Origin: an uncultured bacterium
Lineage (GTDB): Bacteria; Muiribacteriota; UBA6191
Reading direction: 5' to 3'
Length of the DNA: 64,000 bases
NCBI GenBank assembly: GCA_964503595.1
Contig: CAZDAM010000005.1
Coordinates: 7,597 to 71,596 of the forward strand
Part shown: piece by piece, positions 18,429 through 28,338 of the stretch
How the letters are laid out: each line of letters begins with the position of its first letter
How positions within the stretch are numbered: the first letter of the stretch is position 1
The notes under the pieces: generated by a model
Database searches by the model: none
What the model saw: only the letters and a program-made list of their open reading frames with translations
What the model was told of the DNA's origin: nothing
Program-made: the position numbers and the translations under genes

Positions 18429-20093
18429 ATGAACACAAAACCATACCTGATTCTGGCGGCCCTGCTTCTTACTGGCCGCCATTTTTCCAGCCCTTTTTCC
18501 GAACTCAGCCCCAGTCATGAGGCTTATACACTCATCAATGAGGCAGCTGCAGATCTTCTGAAGGGAAAATACCGGGCTGGCATCTTTAGCCCCAATCAAA
18601 CGGTAAACCGTTATGATGCGGCCAAAATTGTCCGGGATTTCTGCCGCATGGTCCTCAAAAACCCCTCCGGCATTTCAGAAGACGCCAGAGTTCGTCTGGC
18701 AATTCTGGCCGGAGAGTTTCAAGGAGAAATGGAAATCCAGGGATTTTCCGCTCGGGAACAGGAAGATGTCCTGAAAATGGGACTGGGTGAAAAAGTTCTG
18801 GCAACTGCTCCCGACTCCACAGCCACTGTTCCTGTCGCAGCCTTTGATACAAAGGAGCCGGTACACTTTTCAGGAGAGCTTCGTACCAGGCCGGAATTCC
18901 GTCACGTCAACCGCCCCGTCGACGGTCCGGAGAGCTTTGATCAGCAATCTTACCGGATGCGTTTAAGAATCGATCGACACCTGAAGCGGGGGGACTTCTT
19001 TGCCACCCTTCAACAACACGGCTATTTCGGTGAGCAGGATCTGGATCCCAAGGCCCGTCCAACCGCGACCCAGCCGGATGCGGATCTCGAATTCGTCGAA
19101 TTTGGGGTCAAGGTCGATCTTGACCTTGAACGAACCCGCAGTCTGACCGTTGGACGTCAGTTTTTCAAATTTGTTTCCGCTCTGGTTTCAGATTCCCAGT
19201 TCAGCGAAAGAGGGCGTACCTTTGACGGTCTTCTGTATGAGGCAAGAAACGGAAACAGCACCACCAAAGCCTTTGTGACCAATCTCGCCCGGGAAACCTA
19301 TGGCATAACCTCTTCCCTGAATCCGGGAGCTGACCCTGAAGGGCTGTTCTACGGATTTGATTATGCCTTCGATACCTCAATGGGTGGACTCAGACTTTTT
19401 GCCTACGATCGCACCCAAAAAGAAGATGGAGGCGTCATTGGCCTGAGAGAAGAGCTTCTTAGCTATGGAATTTCGGGTAAGCACGAACTTACCTCGCGGC
19501 TTCATCTGGGGTGGACCCAGATTTTGCAGGACGGAGATACCCACCTTCTGGGAGCCAGAACCCAGACCAAGTCCGGAGAATTCCAGGAACTGGAATTTGA
19601 CTACCATCTTGGCGACAAATCACTGGCTGAACTCCGTTTTACCCGCTGGTCCGGAGACCCCAACGGGGGAGCAAACCGGAAGAATGAAGCCTTCACCAAG
19701 CTCTATGGATCGACTCACTCTTTTCTGGGCAAGACTGATTTCATTGATACCACCAATGCCCAGGAATATGTCCTTGGTTACAAAAAAGAGCTCAGACCCG
19801 GCTTGAGAATGGCTTTATCCCATCACTGGATCCGCCTGGACGAACCCGCCCAGGCTCCCGCTCTTAGAAGTGAACTCCCCGCTTACATCCGTTCATCCCT
19901 GACCCATAACCGGGCCAATAAGGAAAAGGATCTGGGACGTGAAATCGATCTGATCTTCAGCTGGAAATGGTCTGACACCATGTCCTTTATTCTGGTCCAC
20001 GGCTGGTTTGAATCGGGAGACTATTTTCCGGCAAATGGTATTCAGCCTTTTGATGGAACCTATACCTACCTGACCACAACCTTTCACTTCTAA
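18429..20093 (+). CDS. Outer-membrane beta-barrel protein with N-terminal SLH (S-layer homology) domain
   Basis: Has a signal peptide. Residues 25-75 (FSELSPSHEAYTLINEAAADLLKGKYRAGIFSPNQTVNRYDAAKIVRDF) fit the SLH consensus. The remainder is beta-strand rich with a C-terminal ...TTTFHF. Confidence 0.65.
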   Translation: MNTKPYLILAALLLTGRHFSSPFSELSPSHEAYTLINEAAADLLKGKYRAGIFSPNQTVNRYDAAKIVRDFCRMVLKNPSGISEDARVRLAILAGEFQGEMEIQGFSAREQEDVLKMGLGEKVLATAPDSTATVPVAAFDTKEPVHFSGELRTRPEFRHVNRPVDGPESFDQQSYRMRLRIDRHLKRGDFFATLQQHGYFGEQDLDPKARPTATQPDADLEFVEFGVKVDLDLERTRSLTVGRQFFKFVSALVSDSQFSERGRTFDGLLYEARNGNSTTKAFVTNLARETYGITSSLNPGADPEGLFYGFDYAFDTSMGGLRLFAYDRTQKEDGGVIGLREELLSYGISGKHELTSRLHLGWTQILQDGDTHLLGARTQTKSGEFQELEFDYHLGDKSLAELRFTRWSGDPNGGANRKNEAFTKLYGSTHSFLGKTDFIDTTNAQEYVLGYKKELRPGLRMALSHHWIRLDEPAQAPALRSELPAYIRSSLTHNRANKEKDLGREIDLIFSWKWSDTMSFILVHGWFESGDYFPANGIQPFDGTYTYLTTTFHF

Positions 20094-20094
20094 G

Positions 20095-20130
20095 AAGAAA
20101 CCCCGGCAGAAGCCGGGGCCAAAAGCTTTT
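20095..20130. terminator. Bidirectional terminator between convergent SLH-OMP and ugd
   Basis: A perfect 7-bp GC stem (ccccggc agaa gccgggg). It is flanked by a T-rich run on the minus strand (stronger for ugd) and a weaker AAAAGCTTTT on the plus strand. Confidence 0.55.
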
Positions 20131-20148
20131 CTGAAAGACTGTCAGAAC

Positions 20149-21525
20149 TCAGTGAAGGCCACCTTCTTTACCAATCTGATAAACCTGGAACCCGATTTTT
20201 CTTAAACTGGCGGCATCCACAATGCTTCGGCCATCAAAGACAAAGGCGGGCTTGCTCATATTTTCAAAAATGCGGGAATAGTCGAGTTCCCGGTACTGGG
20301 GCCACTCGGTTAAAACGGCAATTGCATGAGCTCCCGCACAGGCCTCATATGCATCTTCCACAAAATGAATGCGGGCATTTTCTTCTGCCGTGAATTCCCG
20401 GCGGGCATTGATTAGAGCCTTGGGATCGGTAATGACCACTTCCGCCTGCTCAGACAGAAGCTGACGGGCAATTGCAATACCCGGAGATTCACGGGTATCG
20501 CCGGTATGAGCCTTGAAGGCAAACCCAAGAAGGACAATTTTCTTCCCGCTTAAGGTATTGAACATGGCCCGGTTCATCTTGAGAACAAACCGGCTCTTCT
20601 GCCAGTCATTCATCTCAACGACCTGTCGCCAGTAGGCCGCGACCTCATGCAGCCCATAGGACTGGGCAATATAGACCAGATTGAGAATATCCTTCTGAAA
20701 ACAGCTGCCTCCAAAGCCAACGGAGGCTTTCAGAAACTTGGCACCAATACGTGAATCCATACCAATCGCCCGGGCAACTTCATCGACATCGGCTCCAGTG
20801 GCTTCACAAAGAGCCGAAATGGAATTGATGGAAGAGACTCTTTGGGCCAGAAAGGCATTGGCAACCAGCTTGGAAAGCTCGGAACTCCAGACATTGGTGG
20901 TCAGGATTTTTTCACGGGGAACCCACTGGGCATACAGACTGACCAGCTCTTCACAGGCTTTCAGTCCTTCTTCGGTCTGCTCGCTTCCAACCAGAACCCG
21001 ATCCGGGTTGAACAGATCCTCAACCGCTGTTCCTTCTGCCAGAAACTCCGGATTGGAAAGCACCTCAAAATGAAGGCCCCCGGAATTGGCCCTCAAAATC
21101 CTCGCCATAGCTTCCGCTGTACGTACTGGAAGCGTCGATTTTTCCACAACAATCTTGGAAGATTCGGCGACTCGGGCAATCTGGCGGGCTGTTGCTTCCC
21201 AGTACTGCAGATCAGCTGCTTCTCCAGCTCCAACCCCATAGGTCTTGGTCGGAGTATTCACGGAAACAAAAATAATATCCGCTTCCTTGATGCCCCCTTC
21301 CACATCCGTGGAAAAGAACAGATTCCGGCCACGAGCTTCACGAACCACTTCATCAAGACCCGGTTCATAAATCGGTAAGGTATCGGAATTCCAGTCCTCG
21401 ATTCTCTTGGCATTGATATCGACCACAATGAAACGGGTCTCAGGACATTTCAAAGCCATCACAGCCATTGTCGGGCCACCGACATAACCGGCCCCGATAC
21501 ATAAAACAGTTTTTCCTGAGCTCAT
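20149..21525 (-). CDS. ugd: UDP-glucose 6-dehydrogenase (eukaryote-like UGDH type)
   Basis: Has GAGYVGGPT (NAD) and the catalytic [10 protein letters not shown]. Colinear with UGDH over 458 aa. Confidence 0.85.
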   Translation of the reverse strand: MSSGKTVLCIGAGYVGGPTMAVMALKCPETRFIVVDINAKRIEDWNSDTLPIYEPGLDEVVREARGRNLFFSTDVEGGIKEADIIFVSVNTPTKTYGVGAGEAADLQYWEATARQIARVAESSKIVVEKSTLPVRTAEAMARILRANSGGLHFEVLSNPEFLAEGTAVEDLFNPDRVLVGSEQTEEGLKACEELVSLYAQWVPREKILTTNVWSSELSKLVANAFLAQRVSSINSISALCEATGADVDEVARAIGMDSRIGAKFLKASVGFGGSCFQKDILNLVYIAQSYGLHEVAAYWRQVVEMNDWQKSRFVLKMNRAMFNTLSGKKIVLLGFAFKAHTGDTRESPGIAIARQLLSEQAEVVITDPKALINARREFTAEENARIHFVEDAYEACAGAHAIAVLTEWPQYRELDYSRIFENMSKPAFVFDGRSIVDAASLRKIGFQVYQIGKEGGLH

Positions 21526-22487
21526 GCTTCACTCCTTTTGATCATCTGATTCTCTGAAGCCTCGTAGTTCTGAAGAAACCAGGCATAGGTGGATTCAATG
21601 CCTTCCTGAAGGGAGGTTTTAGCCTGAAAGCCGCTTTCTTTAAGGCGGGTGACATCCAGAAGTTTTCGGGGAGTTCCATCCGGACGACTGGAATCCCAGA
21701 CAATTTTCCCGGAATACCCCACAACTTTCTGAATCGTTTCAGCCAGCTCCCGGATCGTAACATCCACTCCGGTGCCAATATTGACAATCTCTTCACTGTC
21801 CCAGTGGTGCATCAGGTGTGTGCAGGCTGATGCCATATCATCCACATGCAAGAACTCCCGCATCGGCTTTCCGCTACCCCACAGGACCACTTCGGGAAGA
21901 TCACGGATTTTGGCCCAGTGAAACTTATGGAGCATGGCCGGAAGTACATGGGAATTTTCCAGATCGAAATTATCCTGGGGGCCATAGAGATTGGTCGGCA
22001 TACAGGCAATGAAATTACTGCCATACTGCTGACGATAAGCCTGGCATGCAAGAATTCCGGCAATCTTGGCGATTGCATAAGCGTCATTGCTTGGTTCCAG
22101 CGAGCCATTCAGAAGCTCGGATTCGGAAATCGGCTGCCTTGCCAGACGAGGATAAATGCAGGAGCTTCCCAGGAAAAGCAGCTTTTTCACCTGATTCTGA
22201 TGGGCCTCTTCCAGAACATGGGTCTGGATCAGAAGATTCTCACGAATGAACTCGGCTTTTCTGGTCTGATTGGCCCAGATACCACCGACTTTGGCTGCGG
22301 CCAGAAAGACATATTCCGGTTTTTCTTCTGAAAAAAACTTCTGAACCTGGGAAGCTTGAGTCAGATCACAGTCTTTCCGAGTCTTCATAATCAGGTTTTT
22401 GTACCCACTGTTTTGAAGATTTCTGACAATTGCCGACCCTACAAGACCCCGGTGACCGGCAATAAAGATTCGCGAATTCTTATGCAT
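21522..22487 (-). CDS. fcl: GDP-L-fucose synthase (GDP-4-keto-6-deoxymannose epimerase/reductase)
   Basis: Has [15 protein letters not shown] and a YxxxK in an SDR-extended fold with Fcl/GER-like order. Overlaps ugd by 4 nt. Confidence 0.85.
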   Translation of the reverse strand: MHKNSRIFIAGHRGLVGSAIVRNLQNSGYKNLIMKTRKDCDLTQASQVQKFFSEEKPEYVFLAAAKVGGIWANQTRKAEFIRENLLIQTHVLEEAHQNQVKKLLFLGSSCIYPRLARQPISESELLNGSLEPSNDAYAIAKIAGILACQAYRQQYGSNFIACMPTNLYGPQDNFDLENSHVLPAMLHKFHWAKIRDLPEVVLWGSGKPMREFLHVDDMASACTHLMHHWDSEEIVNIGTGVDVTIRELAETIQKVVGYSGKIVWDSSRPDGTPRKLLDVTRLKESGFQAKTSLQEGIESTYAWFLQNYEASENQMIKRSEA

Positions 22488-22533
22488 GCAACCACATTAA
22501 AAGAGGCCCATAAGGATTGCAACCGAAACCTTG

Positions 22534-23733
22534 TCAATCCCGGCAGGTTCGCCCAATCCAGGGATTCCCATGCACGAGTTTCAGTGGAACCGTATTGGAG
22601 ACCAGACCGGTACCCGGCCCCTGATGAATACTCAGATCCAGGTGGCGGCAGGCCTGCTCTGCCCCCAGCCAGCCGGTATCAAGCTGTACTGTGACCACCC
22701 CCGGATCCGCACTCAAAATCCGGGTCATGGGTACCTGTACCCTGATCGCCGTATAAGGATCGGTTTCATAAAGCCGGGATAGGCCATTCGTCCAGTCATT
22801 CAGGGTTTCTGCCAGAATATAGGACCCCTTGAGAATATAAACCGCATCCATCTGAGGCCAGGGGGTTATGTTTCCTGTCGGATCGGTCGGTTCTGCGGCC
22901 CCCACCGGCCTGATCTTATACTGCTTTTTATTGGTCGCAATCAGCCGTGCATTGGCAGTTTCCAGAAGAAGCCGGCTTTCTTTCCCGTCTCCATAACGGG
23001 AAGCATGCAAAAGGGAATACTGCACATTCCCCAGAGAAGACAGAATCTTCTGCACTCCCGCCCCGGAGTCAATCCGGTAAGGTCCGATTTCCTTCATTCC
23101 GTAAAAGGCCACCTGAACCCAGTTCCCGGGACCAGGACGGGTAATGGCTGAAGCGCTCGCCCCAAATCCATCATAGACAATCTGACCATCCTGAGAAGAG
23201 AGCATCAGAGAGCGATTGGGGGAAACCCGGTATGACACCCTGGTTCCGTAGGCCGGAAGGTTCGGATTCTGCCAGCTTAATCTGAGAATATGGTTTTCCA
23301 GAGTCATGGAAGGGCTCGAAGGCAAGGTCACGGAGGACAGATCGTAATATCCTCCGGATGGTGGAGACTGAAAACTCTGAATCTCCCCATGCCAGAACCA
23401 GCGGTATCCACTGAAATGCTGGGTATTCCAGATTTCCCCCAGAATCCCGCTGTGACCAAAAGGATCCCTCAGAAGAATCCCCCCTCCCATGGTAGGTTCC
23501 CGCTCAAAGGAGCCAATCAGCCAGTAAGAATTGGACGCCAGAACACCAAGTGTCAGAGGACTCTCAGCATAGGTCCCCGGAGACTTCTGGATTGTGATCG
23601 CCGGAAGATGGCTCTGATAAAGTTCGTGAAATTTCTGTGAATCGGCAGCAGAGGAATGAGCAATCAGTCCATAGGCGCAAGTCTTGAGAAAGCGTCTGAA
23701 TGAGGCCGCCAGCGTTTTTCGGTGTATTCCCAT
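22534..23733 (-). CDS. Hypothetical secreted protein
   Basis: The ORF track starts at 23898, but the internal Met at 23733 gives a signal peptide (MGIHRKTLAASFRRFLKTCAYGLIAHSSA) and reduces overlap with miaA. No recognised domains. Confidence 0.4.
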   Translation of the reverse strand: MGIHRKTLAASFRRFLKTCAYGLIAHSSAADSQKFHELYQSHLPAITIQKSPGTYAESPLTLGVLASNSYWLIGSFEREPTMGGGILLRDPFGHSGILGEIWNTQHFSGYRWFWHGEIQSFQSPPSGGYYDLSSVTLPSSPSMTLENHILRLSWQNPNLPAYGTRVSYRVSPNRSLMLSSQDGQIVYDGFGASASAITRPGPGNWVQVAFYGMKEIGPYRIDSGAGVQKILSSLGNVQYSLLHASRYGDGKESRLLLETANARLIATNKKQYKIRPVGAAEPTDPTGNITPWPQMDAVYILKGSYILAETLNDWTNGLSRLYETDPYTAIRVQVPMTRILSADPGVVTVQLDTGWLGAEQACRHLDLSIHQGPGTGLVSNTVPLKLVHGNPWIGRTCRD

Positions 23734-24575
23734 AAATCCCAAGGTCCTTCCGTACGACACCAGGTCATCTGTCGTTTGGCAAACCTGCGGGTATTCTGGG
23801 CCAGTTTTTCTCTTGCCTCCTGAAGCGATACCTGATTCAGAAGCACGGCTTCCAGATCTCTGATTCCAAGGCAGGAATAGGCCGTCATTCCTGGGCAAAG
23901 CCCGAGAGCAAAAGCCTGACGGACTTCTTCCAGGGCTCCATGTTCCAGCATCTTTTCAACACGCAGGTTGATCCGATCATACAGAATCTCGCGCGGTGGA
24001 CAGCAAAGGATTTTCTTCACTTCATACGAAAACCCGTCCAGAGGATGCCATCTTGCATAGGGCCCTTCCTCAAGCTTTTCCAGAGCCCGGAGAATCCTTT
24101 TGCCATCATTGGGATGAAGCTGCCCGGCCCTTTTGGGATCTTTCTTCTGCAATTCCTCGTACAAAGTAGCCAGCCCTTCCACCTGAAGACGATTCCTCAA
24201 CTCTTCCCGCAGTCTGGGGTCATGCTCTTCCGGACTACCACTCAAGCCGTTCAGGAAGATGCGGACATACATCATGGTTCCACCGGTCAGAACGGGAGTC
24301 TTCCCACGCTCCCAAATCTCAAGAATGGCATCACAGGCCATCTGAAACCATTTGCCCACACTGAACTCTTCGGAAAGCTCAAGAACCTCGAAAAGGTGAT
24401 GAGGGGCCTGTTCCCTTTCTTCCAAAGAAGGCATGGCAGTAATGATCGGGAGGTTACGATAGACCTGAAAGGCGTCCATGCAGACGATTTCCCCATCGTT
24501 TTCACGGGCAATCTGGAGGGCACAGGAGGTTTTGCCGGAAGCCGTTGGCCCGGCCACCATGATCAGGGATTTCAC
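23664..24575 (-). CDS. miaA: tRNA dimethylallyltransferase
   Basis: Has the P-loop GPTASGKT and the MiaA fold order. Overlaps mutL by 4 nt. Confidence 0.9.
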   Translation of the reverse strand: MKSLIMVAGPTASGKTSCALQIARENDGEIVCMDAFQVYRNLPIITAMPSLEEREQAPHHLFEVLELSEEFSVGKWFQMACDAILEIWERGKTPVLTGGTMMYVRIFLNGLSGSPEEHDPRLREELRNRLQVEGLATLYEELQKKDPKRAGQLHPNDGKRILRALEKLEEGPYARWHPLDGFSYEVKKILCCPPREILYDRINLRVEKMLEHGALEEVRQAFALGLCPGMTAYSCLGIRDLEAVLLNQVSLQEAREKLAQNTRRFAKRQMTWCRTEGPWDLWEYTEKRWRPHSDAFSRLAPMD

Positions 24576-26404
24576 TTGCGGGTCCGGTTGAAACGGCGGT
24601 AGAGAGCCGGTAATGGTTCACGCACAATCACAGGACGGCCATGCGGACAGAAGAACGGATTGGCAGTCAGCCCCAGATCCTCAATCAGTCTTTGCATGAC
24701 CTCCCGACTCAGGATATCTCCCGCCTTGATGCTTCCCCGACAGGCCATGGAAGCCGCCAGATCGCGAAAATAATCCTCAAGCTGGGAGCCTGTACCATGC
24801 CCCTGCAGGCTCATCAGGATCCGATCCAAAAACTCCTGGTCCAGCTTCCCGGTCACTTGGGGAGGAACTCCGTAGATCCATAGCTCCTCATTCTTATGCT
24901 CCACCAGAAAGCCCATCTGCTGAAGTCTTTCCCAGGCCTCATCCTCCAGAACAAGATGACGGGCATTGAGCTTCAGAACCACTGAGGACAAAAGTTTCTG
25001 GGTCTGAAGTTTCAGTCCTTTTTTCAATGCTCTGTAAAACTCTTCAAACAGGATTCTTTCCTGGGCAATATGCTGATCCACAATCAGCATTTCCTCACCA
25101 AGCTGTCCCACAATAAAGGTCTTATCCAGCTGCCCCAGAAGCTGAAATCCCTGAAGCCTCTGGATCGGAGTCAACACTTCTTCAGATTCTGTCTTAACCG
25201 GGACTTCCAGCTTCAGCCCCGGAAGAACCGGTTTTTCCTCACGCACGGGTTCAGGAGCCTTCTTAGGCTCTTCCCGCAAGGGAGTCTGCACATAAGCCGG
25301 AGGAGCCGGAACCGATGGTTTGGGAGGCGGTGGCTCCTCCCATTTTTTGAGCTGACTGGTAAAGCTTCCTGCCGGGGTTTTCCAGCCTGGAACAGGATCG
25401 GAGCGCGTCATGCCCTGACGGATCGTTTTCAGAAGAAACTCTTCCAGAAGTCCCTCGTTCTCAATCCTGACTTCCAGTTTCTGAGGATGGACATTCACAT
25501 CCAGCATGCGGGGGGGAATCGTGAGAAAGACCACCCCTGCCGGAAAACGTCTCTTCTCCTGAAATGCCTCATACGCCAGGCGTACAGAACGTACCACCGC
25601 CGGATGGCGGACAATCCTGCGGTTGATAAAAACCCTGAGCTCTCTGGAGTCAGACCGGCAGTTTTCCGGGCGGGAAAGACTGGCTTCGAATTCAAACTTC
25701 AGAATCGGATGAACCGCCCTTTGGAAATGAAGAAAGCGGGAAGCCACACTATCGCCAAAGACTCCCGCAAGAGCGGCATGAAATTCCCCTCCCCCTTCTG
25801 TGCAAAAAATCTTTTCCTGATTGTGCACAAGAGTAAAGGAAACATTCGGATGAGCCAGAGCAAAATCTTCCAGAACTTCCTGAATCAGAGCCTTTTCGTA
25901 GCGCTCTCCTTTTAGAAACTTCAGCCGGGCCGGAAGGTTGAAAAACAGCTCCCGCACTTCAATACAGGTGCCCTCCCGCAAAGCTGAAGGTTCTTCCTCA
26001 AAGGAGAGGCCCCCCTCACTGATAACAGCATGGGCTGACTCAGCCCCCTGAAAACGGGATTGAAGTCTCAGCCGGGACACCGCTGCCATGCTGTGAAGAG
26101 CCTCACCCCGAAAGCCGAAGCTCACCAGGGTCGCAAAATCTTCCAGTCGGGCCAATTTGGAGGTTGCCTGCCGGGTCAGAGCCAGTATCAGTTCCTCTTT
26201 GGGGATTCCTGATCCATTGTCCGTGACCCGCATCAAGCGCTTGCCACCAGCTTCGATCTCGACCAGAATGCGGGTAGAACCGGCATCCACAGAATTCTCG
26301 ACCAGTTCCTTGATGACATTGACTGGCCTTAGAATCACCTCACCTGCCGCGACTTTGGCGGCAAGGTCTGCACTGAGTGGCTGAATTGGGTTTCGGGGTA
26401 TCAT
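24572..26404 (-). CDS. mutL: DNA mismatch repair protein MutL
   Basis: Has the GHKL ATPase N-terminus (IKELVENSVDAGST), a DNA-binding domain and a C-terminal dimerisation domain with a metal-binding region, 610 aa. Confidence 0.9.
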   Translation of the reverse strand: MIPRNPIQPLSADLAAKVAAGEVILRPVNVIKELVENSVDAGSTRILVEIEAGGKRLMRVTDNGSGIPKEELILALTRQATSKLARLEDFATLVSFGFRGEALHSMAAVSRLRLQSRFQGAESAHAVISEGGLSFEEEPSALREGTCIEVRELFFNLPARLKFLKGERYEKALIQEVLEDFALAHPNVSFTLVHNQEKIFCTEGGGEFHAALAGVFGDSVASRFLHFQRAVHPILKFEFEASLSRPENCRSDSRELRVFINRRIVRHPAVVRSVRLAYEAFQEKRRFPAGVVFLTIPPRMLDVNVHPQKLEVRIENEGLLEEFLLKTIRQGMTRSDPVPGWKTPAGSFTSQLKKWEEPPPPKPSVPAPPAYVQTPLREEPKKAPEPVREEKPVLPGLKLEVPVKTESEEVLTPIQRLQGFQLLGQLDKTFIVGQLGEEMLIVDQHIAQERILFEEFYRALKKGLKLQTQKLLSSVVLKLNARHLVLEDEAWERLQQMGFLVEHKNEELWIYGVPPQVTGKLDQEFLDRILMSLQGHGTGSQLEDYFRDLAASMACRGSIKAGDILSREVMQRLIEDLGLTANPFFCPHGRPVIVREPLPALYRRFNRTRK

Positions 26405-26751
26405 GCGCGCATTCTAGGCTCAAAAAAGCCTGCACGCAAAGCCTTACCCTCTAAAAAGACCGAGGCGAAAAACGGAAGCATTCAGGGCTGCCAGTTTCTC
26501 TTTTTCCTGAGGCTGGGCCTCTGTGACAGTCTTTTTCTCGTTTTTGGTTTTAACATTATCCATATCATCTCCCCCACAACCGCACTCGTTACCATGCTTT
26601 TTTGTACAAGTCAAATCTATCGGACATATTTTTAATTTGATCCAGATTTGTATTCCACTGAGGAAAAATTGAGCCGATTCAAAGAGAGTGCTATGATATT
26701 GCAGGAAAAGAATTCAGTCCTTTAAGAACAGGACTGTTCCAAGGAGATGAA

Positions 26752-27492
26752 ATGCGACAGTTTGACGAGGATCGCCAACAGCAGTACGAAGAGTTTTTCC
26801 ACCAGGAAAATGAAAATCCTTCCATTGCCATTGATGCGGATGGACAGGCCAAATTTCTGACAACCGTTTTTGGCTGGATGACCATGGGTCTGGCGACAAC
26901 CGCCCTGATCTCCTTTGCCGTAATGAGCAATGTCGAGTTACTCCGCCCTGTATTTGACAACATCATGATTCTGTTCCTGGTAGAACTGGGACTGGTCTGG
27001 TGGCTCTCTGCCAGAATCGGTCAGATGTCCTCCGGGACAGCTACAGCCCTTTTCATTGCCTACGCCGTCATGAATGGTCTCACCATTGCCCCGATACTCT
27101 CTGTGTATACGGCGAGCAGTGCGGCTTCCGTCTTCATGATTACCGCAGGAACCTTTGCGGCCATGTCACTCTACGGACTGACAACCAAAAAAGATCTGAC
27201 CAGCTGGGGCAGCCTTCTGATGATGGGCCTGATCGGGCTGATCATTTCTCATCTGGTGAACATGTTCATGGGATCGGCAACCTTCAGCTACATCATCAGT
27301 GGCATTGGAGTTTTCATTTTTGTGGGCCTGACTGCCTACGACTCCCAGAAGCTTAAGGACTGGTATGCAGATGGAATTCATTCCCGTGAGTCCCTGCACA
27401 AAATGGCCATTATGGGCGCCCTGATGCTTTATCTTGATTTCGTAAACCTCTTTCTCTATCTCCTGCGCCTCTTCGGAAGCAGGGACGAGTAG
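26752..27492 (+). CDS. Bax inhibitor-1/YccA family membrane protein
   Basis: Seven TM segments and BI-1 family order, 246 aa. Confidence 0.8.
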   Translation: MRQFDEDRQQQYEEFFHQENENPSIAIDADGQAKFLTTVFGWMTMGLATTALISFAVMSNVELLRPVFDNIMILFLVELGLVWWLSARIGQMSSGTATALFIAYAVMNGLTIAPILSVYTASSAASVFMITAGTFAAMSLYGLTTKKDLTSWGSLLMMGLIGLIISHLVNMFMGSATFSYIISGIGVFIFVGLTAYDSQKLKDWYADGIHSRESLHKMAIMGALMLYLDFVNLFLYLLRLFGSRDE

Positions 27493-27502
27493 TCCGCTTC
27501 AT

Positions 27503-27570
27503 CCCCGGATTGCAAATTTTCACCTGCCTAATCGCCTGAAAATTCCTGCAATCCGGGGATTTTTATTTTT
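27503..27570 (+). terminator. Putative terminator downstream of BI-1 gene
   Basis: A 12-bp inverted repeat (ccccggattgca ... tgcaatccgggg) with a long loop, followed by ATTTTTATTTTT. Confidence 0.45.
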
Positions 27571-27709
27571 CCAAAGGTTCCTCAAACAAAGGTAAAAATC
27601 ATTTTAAAGACCGAAAAACAACCCACCTGAAGTTCAAGATGCTGAAAATTGCAGGTAGAAATTTGTGTGACGTAGCCCAAGCGGACTACAATAGAGTTTG
27701 GAGGTTGTT

Positions 27710-27970
27710 ATGTCTAAAGATGCGACCGTAAGAGCAAGAATGGAGCCTGAAATTAAAGCTGAGGCCGAAAAAATACTTTCCAAACTAGGCATCAGTGCTA
27801 CCCAAGCAATTAACATGCTATACAAACAGATCATTCTCAACAAAGGGATTCCCTTTGAGCTTAAGGTTCCCAATGCAACAACGATTGCGGCTATGAATGA
27901 AGATCGTTCGTCCCTGAAGTCTTTCCATAGCGTGGAGGAGCTGTTTGATGATTTGGACAGCGGCTCCTGA
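27710..27970 (+). CDS. dinJ: Type II antitoxin, RelB/DinJ family
   Basis: MSKDATVRARMEPEIKAEAEKILSKLGISATQAINMLYKQI is a ribbon-helix-helix DinJ signature. GGAGG RBS 5 nt upstream of the ATG. Confidence 0.75.
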   Translation: MSKDATVRARMEPEIKAEAEKILSKLGISATQAINMLYKQIILNKGIPFELKVPNATTIAAMNEDRSSLKSFHSVEELFDDLDSGS

Positions 27971-28251
27971 TACCAATTCTTAAGCCAACCAGTAGATTTA
28001 AGCGAGATTACAAACGAGCAGTTAAAGATCCGCTAAAAAACATGAGTGATTTGATAGTAGTCTTGGATTGCCTTCAAAAAGGCGAGACTTTAGCTGCTAA
28101 ATACAAAGACCATTTACTGATGGGAAACTATCGTAGTCACAGAGAATGCCACATTTACCCAGACTGGCTTTTAATCTACCAACCTTTTCCTGAAGATGAT
28201 GAGATCGTTTTAGTGCGTTTGGGCTCGCATAGCGAGTTATTCAGTAATTGA
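27967..28251 (+). CDS. yafQ: Type II toxin, YafQ/RelE family, N-terminus lacking canonical start codon (possible pseudogene or non-ATG start)
   Basis: The ORF-track ATG is at 28042. The same frame is open back to 27952 and encodes ...PTSRFKRDYKRAVKD..., which matches the conserved YafQ N-terminus, but contains no ATG/GTG/TTG. The only candidates are CTG 27967, ATA 27970 and ATT 27976. The C-terminus is KDHLLMGNYRSHRECHIYPDWLLIY. Confidence 0.5.
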   Translation: MIPILKPTSRFKRDYKRAVKDPLKNMSDLIVVLDCLQKGETLAAKYKDHLLMGNYRSHRECHIYPDWLLIYQPFPEDDEIVLVRLGSHSELFSN

Positions 28252-28338
28252 GCGGGAGCTTCTTGCCGGATGAGTAAAGCAAGTGGATTTCTTGGATGAA
28301 CCATACGTCACACCACATACATATCAGTTTAAGCTGTC

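Noticed and set aside
25070-25915. 281-aa plus-strand ORF
   Set aside because: Antisense to mutL, which has an unambiguous GHKL and dimerisation domain order.
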